DNA from: Promethearchaeia archaeon
GTDB taxonomy: Archaea; Asgardarchaeota; Lokiarchaeia; Sigyniarchaeales; SOKP01
Length of the DNA: 64,000 bases
Reading direction: 5' to 3'
NCBI GenBank assembly: GCA_029856145.1
Contig: JAHQWK010000004.1
Coordinates: forward strand, 96,001-160,000
Part shown: piece by piece, positions 59,624 through 64,000 of the stretch
Layout: the number at the start of each line of letters is the position of its first letter
How positions within the stretch are numbered: the stretch's first letter is position 1
Position numbers and translations under genes: made by a program
The notes under the pieces: model-generated
Told to the model about the DNA's origin: nothing
What the model saw: the letters and a program-made list of their open reading frames with translations, nothing else
Database searches by the model: none

Positions 59624-59711
59624 AACTCAATAAAGTCCATTTTCTAATATATTATTGTTTATCATTTAATCATAGATAAAAATCTGAGAAGTAAAAAAAA
59701 GAAAAAAAAGT

Positions 59712-60080
59712 TTATTTTGCATTTTCATCTTCTTCCATAATTCCTAGTTGATTTCCTTCAGTATCTTTGAAGACTGCATAATATCCAACACTGGGAATTG
59801 GGTTCTTTGGTTTTAAAATTTCTCCACCATTTTCTTTTATTTTTTTAAGTGTTTTTTCTACGGATTCCACACCAACATAATTAAAGATACCATCACCTTT
59901 ATTCTCTCGTTTTTGCAGACCGCCATTTATTCCTTCCTCATCTTCTTCACCAGCAGAGATATTCCAGTATTCAAGAGGGCCTCCCCATCTTTCGATTTTC
60001 CAATTAAATACTTTTTCATAAAATTCTTTAGCCCGTTGAATATCATCTGCATTAATTTCAAAATGGTTAATTTTTGGCAT
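59712..60080 (-). CDS. VOC/glyoxalase family protein
   Basis: HFEINADDIQRA..FY..VF.W, GINGG, FKDTEGN. Confidence 0.93.
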   Translation of the reverse strand: MPKINHFEINADDIQRAKEFYEKVFNWKIERWGGPLEYWNISAGEEDEEGINGGLQKRENKGDGIFNYVGVESVEKTLKKIKENGGEILKPKNPIPSVGYYAVFKDTEGNQLGIMEEDENAK

Positions 60081-60214
60081 AAATTCACCTCACATATGAT
60101 TCTTAGTTTAAATCATTCGCAAAAAATATAAATTTTTAGCTTGAGATTCAAAGTGATCTAAATATATTTAATAGAAAAGAGTCTCAATTTTTTTTTAGAT
60201 TTAGAAAAAGAGGA

Positions 60215-62137
60215 TTAAATTTTTAATTTACTTCTCCAAAAGCTGATTTTACTTCTTAATTCTTCTTTTTCAACGTTATTTAACAAATTCATATTTCTTT
60301 TAAGAGGGTTAATGCCCATTCTTATTTGCCTTAAAATAGCACTGAAACCTTTTCTCTCAAGGATATCATCTTGCAATTTCTCTAAAAGTAGAGCTATTTG
60401 TTCTCCAGGCAATGTGTCGATTTTTCCGAAGATATTGTCAAATTGAGTTGATAGATAAGCGTCTGTTGATATAACTACTCCTGGTTGGATATCTGGAGTT
60501 GTTTTAACAGGTTCTAGTTGAGGTCTTAGAGGTTCCGGAGGTGTTGGTATAGGAGTAAGAGGTATTTGTTGGGAAACTTTTGGTATAGGTGGAGTGACAG
60601 GTTGTTGATACTGTGGTTGTGCGAAACTGGGTTCAGGAGTGTGTTTTATCGCGTGTGTAATCTCTACTTGTTCAAATTTCTTACTCTGAATCCAAACATC
60701 CTCTAAAACTGCGGCGAATAATTTTACATGTTCTTCTAATACTGAACCCATTCCAGCTATTTCAAATTCTCCTGTTTCTGTTTTTGATACAACACATACA
60801 ACCACTTCTTCGAAATCTTTATTTATCGACCATAAATTTTCTCTGGAATAATGTCTTATTGTTAAATTTGTATAATCTGCTGCTTGTTTAAATCTCATTT
60901 GATCCTCTGGATTAGTTAAATCAAAATTTGTTGAAATTCTAATATTAACATGTTTTTTCAATCTTGTTAATGCAACTAAATCAATGTCTTCTAACTTAGG
61001 AGCTATAACATGAACTCGCATTTTCACCCGAGATAATGATTCATTTATTTGTGCTTTGATTCCTTCTATACTTCTTACAAACCATACATCTTTAAAGCTT
61101 AACAATGATGCTTCCTTCGAACGGTCCCAAAACTCTTGCATTGTCATCTCTGCACTTTCTAATTGATTTATGATATTATTGATAATATCATCTTGTATGG
61201 ATTCAAAAATTTCTGTGCGGAATAAATCTTTAAGTTCTGCGATTCCAGAAAGGATATCATCATGGACTCCTGAAACTCTTTTTTCTAAGTCTTCTAATGT
61301 AGTAACCATTCCACTCTGAATATCGGTAAATATAGTACCTAAGTCAGTACTGATCTCACCTGCGGTATCTGTAATACTACCTAACTGATTTATGACTTGA
61401 TCTAACATGTTTTGAGTAGTTTGCACGAATTTTTCTCGAAAAGTTTTAGTTATCTCTGTAAATTGTTCTGAAATTACTTTAGATACAATTTTTTCTGCCA
61501 TACTGCTTAATGCTCCAATTCTAAATTGTTTTTCGAATCGAGTCGCAATTTCAGATTTTACTGAATCTAAACGAGACTCCATTGCTTCAAAGTCTCTAGT
61601 TATATCTGCTGGAACAATTTCTTTTAAATTAAGTATAAATCTTCTTACATCTCGAAACTTATTTACCTGTTCAAGTTCTTTTTCAAATCGATCAAATTGT
61701 GTTTTTATTTGAGCTGGTAATTTTGACTTCATTATCTGAAGGTAAGTTTTATAGTCATCTAATTTCTTAAGTTTTGCCGATTGTTCACCTAAGGAATCGA
61801 ATTTCTCTTGGATATTCTTAGGAGCTATTTGTTGAAAATTTTTTATCGCCTCTTTGAATTGATGAATCTGGCTAACAAGTGCAGCATAAGGAGGTAAAGC
61901 TTCATAAATTGGCATTTTTCCAGGAATTTGCTTAAGAAGGCCCTTTTCAAATAAATTATTAGCTATTTCTGCTGCTCTTTCTTCAGTTACATTATTAAGT
62001 AGAGCTATTTCTCCAACCATTACAGGGCCTCTTCCTGTAATCTTATAATATGTATCGACCTCATCGTGAGCTAATCCGATGAGTTCCAAAACATGCTTTG
62101 TTGCTGAATCATCTTCTCCTGACAAGTTAACCATCAT
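60215..62137 (-). CDS. TrmB-like wHTH + long coiled coil + PLD-like domain + Pro-rich linker + one helical repeat (start reassigned)
   Basis: LELIGL..DEV..Y...GP...GEIA...YEALPPY; RVHVIAP..VNIRIST..INKDFEEVV; GGAG RBS before 62137. Confidence 0.75.
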   Translation of the reverse strand: MMVNLSGEDDSATKHVLELIGLAHDEVDTYYKITGRGPVMVGEIALLNNVTEERAAEIANNLFEKGLLKQIPGKMPIYEALPPYAALVSQIHQFKEAIKNFQQIAPKNIQEKFDSLGEQSAKLKKLDDYKTYLQIMKSKLPAQIKTQFDRFEKELEQVNKFRDVRRFILNLKEIVPADITRDFEAMESRLDSVKSEIATRFEKQFRIGALSSMAEKIVSKVISEQFTEITKTFREKFVQTTQNMLDQVINQLGSITDTAGEISTDLGTIFTDIQSGMVTTLEDLEKRVSGVHDDILSGIAELKDLFRTEIFESIQDDIINNIINQLESAEMTMQEFWDRSKEASLLSFKDVWFVRSIEGIKAQINESLSRVKMRVHVIAPKLEDIDLVALTRLKKHVNIRISTNFDLTNPEDQMRFKQAADYTNLTIRHYSRENLWSINKDFEEVVVCVVSKTETGEFEIAGMGSVLEEHVKLFAAVLEDVWIQSKKFEQVEITHAIKHTPEPSFAQPQYQQPVTPPIPKVSQQIPLTPIPTPPEPLRPQLEPVKTTPDIQPGVVISTDAYLSTQFDNIFGKIDTLPGEQIALLLEKLQDDILERKGFSAILRQIRMGINPLKRNMNLLNNVEKEELRSKISFWRSKLKI

Positions 62138-62144
62138 CTCCTTA

Positions 62145-63275
62145 TTATTTTTTATATGCTGCTTCAAGAAATTCTAGATGCTTAATTGCTACATTTTTGT
62201 TTAGTTTTCCTTCCATTCTATCTTTACGAATCTTTTCTATTAAATATTCGGGATAAAAAGTTTGAACAACTATATCAGTTAATAAAAATACCCATATTGT
62301 ATCGTTGTTACTATCTTTTATGACTTTTAGAATTTGATCATCTTCCATACCCTTTAAGAGACCTCCTATTTGGTCTAAACTCTCTCCAGGCCCTTTTGGA
62401 ATTTTATTTATTGGATATCCTCTCTCTCTAAATAAAGTTATGTAATCATAGTTATCTGGATTCATTAAATTTCGAGCTATTTTTAAGTTATCCTCAAAAG
62501 TGGGTTTGTAATTTGTAAAAAATTGAGTGACTTCTTCAAGATATTTTGATGCAACTTCAGGTGTTGGAATATTCTTTTTGGCGTCTTCGATTAACTTAGA
62601 AACTGGTGATCTAAAAATAGTAAAATCAGTGAGAAGAAATAACGTTATATCAGTATCACCTTCAACCCAATCTTGCATTAACAAGCCAGTTTTAATAAAA
62701 GGATCCAAGACATATTCGATATTTGGGATTATTTTTTGCAATTTCTCTTCTATAATCCCTTGTAATTCCCTTCTAGATAATGATCTTTCTTGTAAAGCCT
62801 CTAATATCGTCCGTGCTTTTTCACTAGTATATATTTGTGCTAATCTTTGTTCTTTTGATAAATTTTTTAATCGATCCAAGAGAATTAGTGTATTTCTCAG
62901 ATAGAGTTTTATTGTTTTTACAATTTCATAACTTTGTGATATATTAGTGCTCATCTGCCTTAAGTATTTTACTAAATCTTCATTAATTTCTTTTAGTACA
63001 GCTTCGCCGAACATTTCAGGGTCTTCTCCTAATTCTAACATTAAATTTATCATTATAGGCATATCAGATTCCATGCCAGTAAAATAACTCGATACATTCG
63101 AACGAGCTTTTTCTAATCGTACTAATACATTTCCTGCCGCTCCTGCACCCGTAATATGTGCATAAAAGATTCGCATCATATCGTCTAAGTCTATCTCAAG
63201 ATCTTCTGGATAACTTAGTTTAACAACTAGTCCCTGATCTTCTGTCCATTCAGTTATAATATAACCATGTGGCAT
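62145..63275 (-). CDS. Longin/uDENN-like domain + winged-helix protein
   Basis: GYIITEWTEDQGLVVKLSYP..., L.LELGEDPEMF; wHTH-like ILEALQERSLSRRELQ...LDPFIKTGLL. Confidence 0.6.
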   Translation of the reverse strand: MPHGYIITEWTEDQGLVVKLSYPEDLEIDLDDMMRIFYAHITGAGAAGNVLVRLEKARSNVSSYFTGMESDMPIMINLMLELGEDPEMFGEAVLKEINEDLVKYLRQMSTNISQSYEIVKTIKLYLRNTLILLDRLKNLSKEQRLAQIYTSEKARTILEALQERSLSRRELQGIIEEKLQKIIPNIEYVLDPFIKTGLLMQDWVEGDTDITLFLLTDFTIFRSPVSKLIEDAKKNIPTPEVASKYLEEVTQFFTNYKPTFEDNLKIARNLMNPDNYDYITLFRERGYPINKIPKGPGESLDQIGGLLKGMEDDQILKVIKDSNNDTIWVFLLTDIVVQTFYPEYLIEKIRKDRMEGKLNKNVAIKHLEFLEAAYKK

Positions 63276-64000
63276 TTAAATTTCTCCCTCTTTTTTAATT
63301 GGATTTTTTTCAATTTTTTTTTCAATTTGTTCTTGTTGAATGGTTTCAAATATTAAAATATTCTTTCGTTCATATAAACTATTCTTAATTATATCCTCTC
63401 GGTTATTTACCAATATTGGCTTTTTGGCTTTTCCTTTACTAACTCTTTTCTTTAATTTCCTTATTTTTCTAACTAATGGAGGATATTTAAAATGAAATTG
63501 ATATAAACTAAATGCTATAACAATACTAATAATTCCAACAGTTAACCCAATAACGAGAAGACTTAAATCTGTTCCCGGTTTGACATAAATATATGAAATG
63601 TAAAGATAAATATCATCAATCGAAATTGTTATTGTTCTGTTTAATCCAAATGTATTTGCTATATAAGTTTGTATTGAAATTGATATATTTACTCCTTCTC
63701 TAAATAATGATGCAAAATCTACTCCTTCAAACCTTATATGTTGTAAGCTAGTAGTCAAAGAACTTAACTGAATTGTTTCTCTATAGGGATTATCATTAAT
63801 TAAAATCCTTATTTCTGAAAATGGAGATAGATCATAGGGCCAAGCTTCGCTTATTGAATAATTAAAATAACATATAGCGTTAGTAATTTGTACATTTTCA
63901 CCACTTACAGCATCCCCAATTTGATTCCACGCCACAGTTGTGAATTTTTCAATTTTTCTCTCATATGAAAATGTTAAATTACATTCTTTTATTCTTAGAT
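63276..64000 (-). CDS. C-terminal part of a membrane-anchored surface protein (runs off window end)
   Basis: Frame open to 64000; beta-rich ectodomain, TM, YPPLVRKIRKLKK tail. Confidence 0.75.
   Translation of the reverse strand, partial: LRIKECNLTFSYERKIEKFTTVAWNQIGDAVSGENVQITNAICYFNYSISEAWPYDLSPFSEIRILINDNPYRETIQLSSLTTSLQHIRFEGVDFASLFREGVNISISIQTYIANTFGLNRTITISIDDIYLYISYIYVKPGTDLSLLVIGLTVGIISIVIAFSLYQFHFKYPPLVRKIRKLKKRVSKGKAKKPILVNNREDIIKNSLYERKNILIFETIQQEQIEKKIEKNPIKKEGEI

Noticed and set aside
465-62904. Other short ORF-track entries nested antisense in long genes (e.g. 465, 3513, 13424, 13692, 14390-16024, 17643, 18770, 19273, 20158, 20980, 23514, 24710, 28152, 32091, 35442, 45833, 47600, 49455, 58039, 59913, 62527)
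   Set aside because: Overlap well-supported genes and carry no motifs.
1-64000. CRISPR array or rRNA genes
   Set aside because: No regularly spaced repeat-spacer units and no long GC-rich structural RNA tract seen.

Overview
AT-rich archaeal chromosomal segment, almost certainly from an Asgard archaeon (Lokiarchaeia/Promethearchaeota). Support: an actin-family protein, a gelsolin-domain protein, roadblock, an MglA-type small GTPase, a longin/uDENN-like protein, an IPGY (Loki-CTERM-like) anchored surface protein and BHB-intron tRNAs. All assignments come from motif reading by eye; no searches were run. Layout: (1) 1-20 kb, mostly minus-strand core genes, including a cluster of gelsolin, roadblock, CDC48-N/VWA protein, divergent actin and a catalytically dead CHAT-like gene interrupted by two in-frame TAA codons. 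(2) 20-30 kb, accessory genes (subtilase, LRR remnant, surface protein, NTase-OB fusion). (3) Tandem tRNA-Thr(GGT) with two introns and tRNA-Met(CAT) with one non-canonical intron, next to an AT-rich ATPase + RelE-like two-gene candidate defence module. (4) 33-43 kb, stress and membrane genes. (5) 43-60 kb, the main candidate novel system: two paralogous multi-wHTH + TPR regulators, each divergently transcribed from an unannotated 25-27 aa peptide gene. The two peptides are homologous and sit behind a shared palindromic operator 11 bp upstream of an identical TATA element. Each is followed by micro zinc-ribbon genes and a related hairpin, and an MFS transporter and two orphan oligopeptide-binding proteins lie nearby. 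The architecture resembles bacterial RRNPP peptide signalling; that function is inference. (6) 60-64 kb, TrmB-like, longin-wHTH and surface-protein genes.
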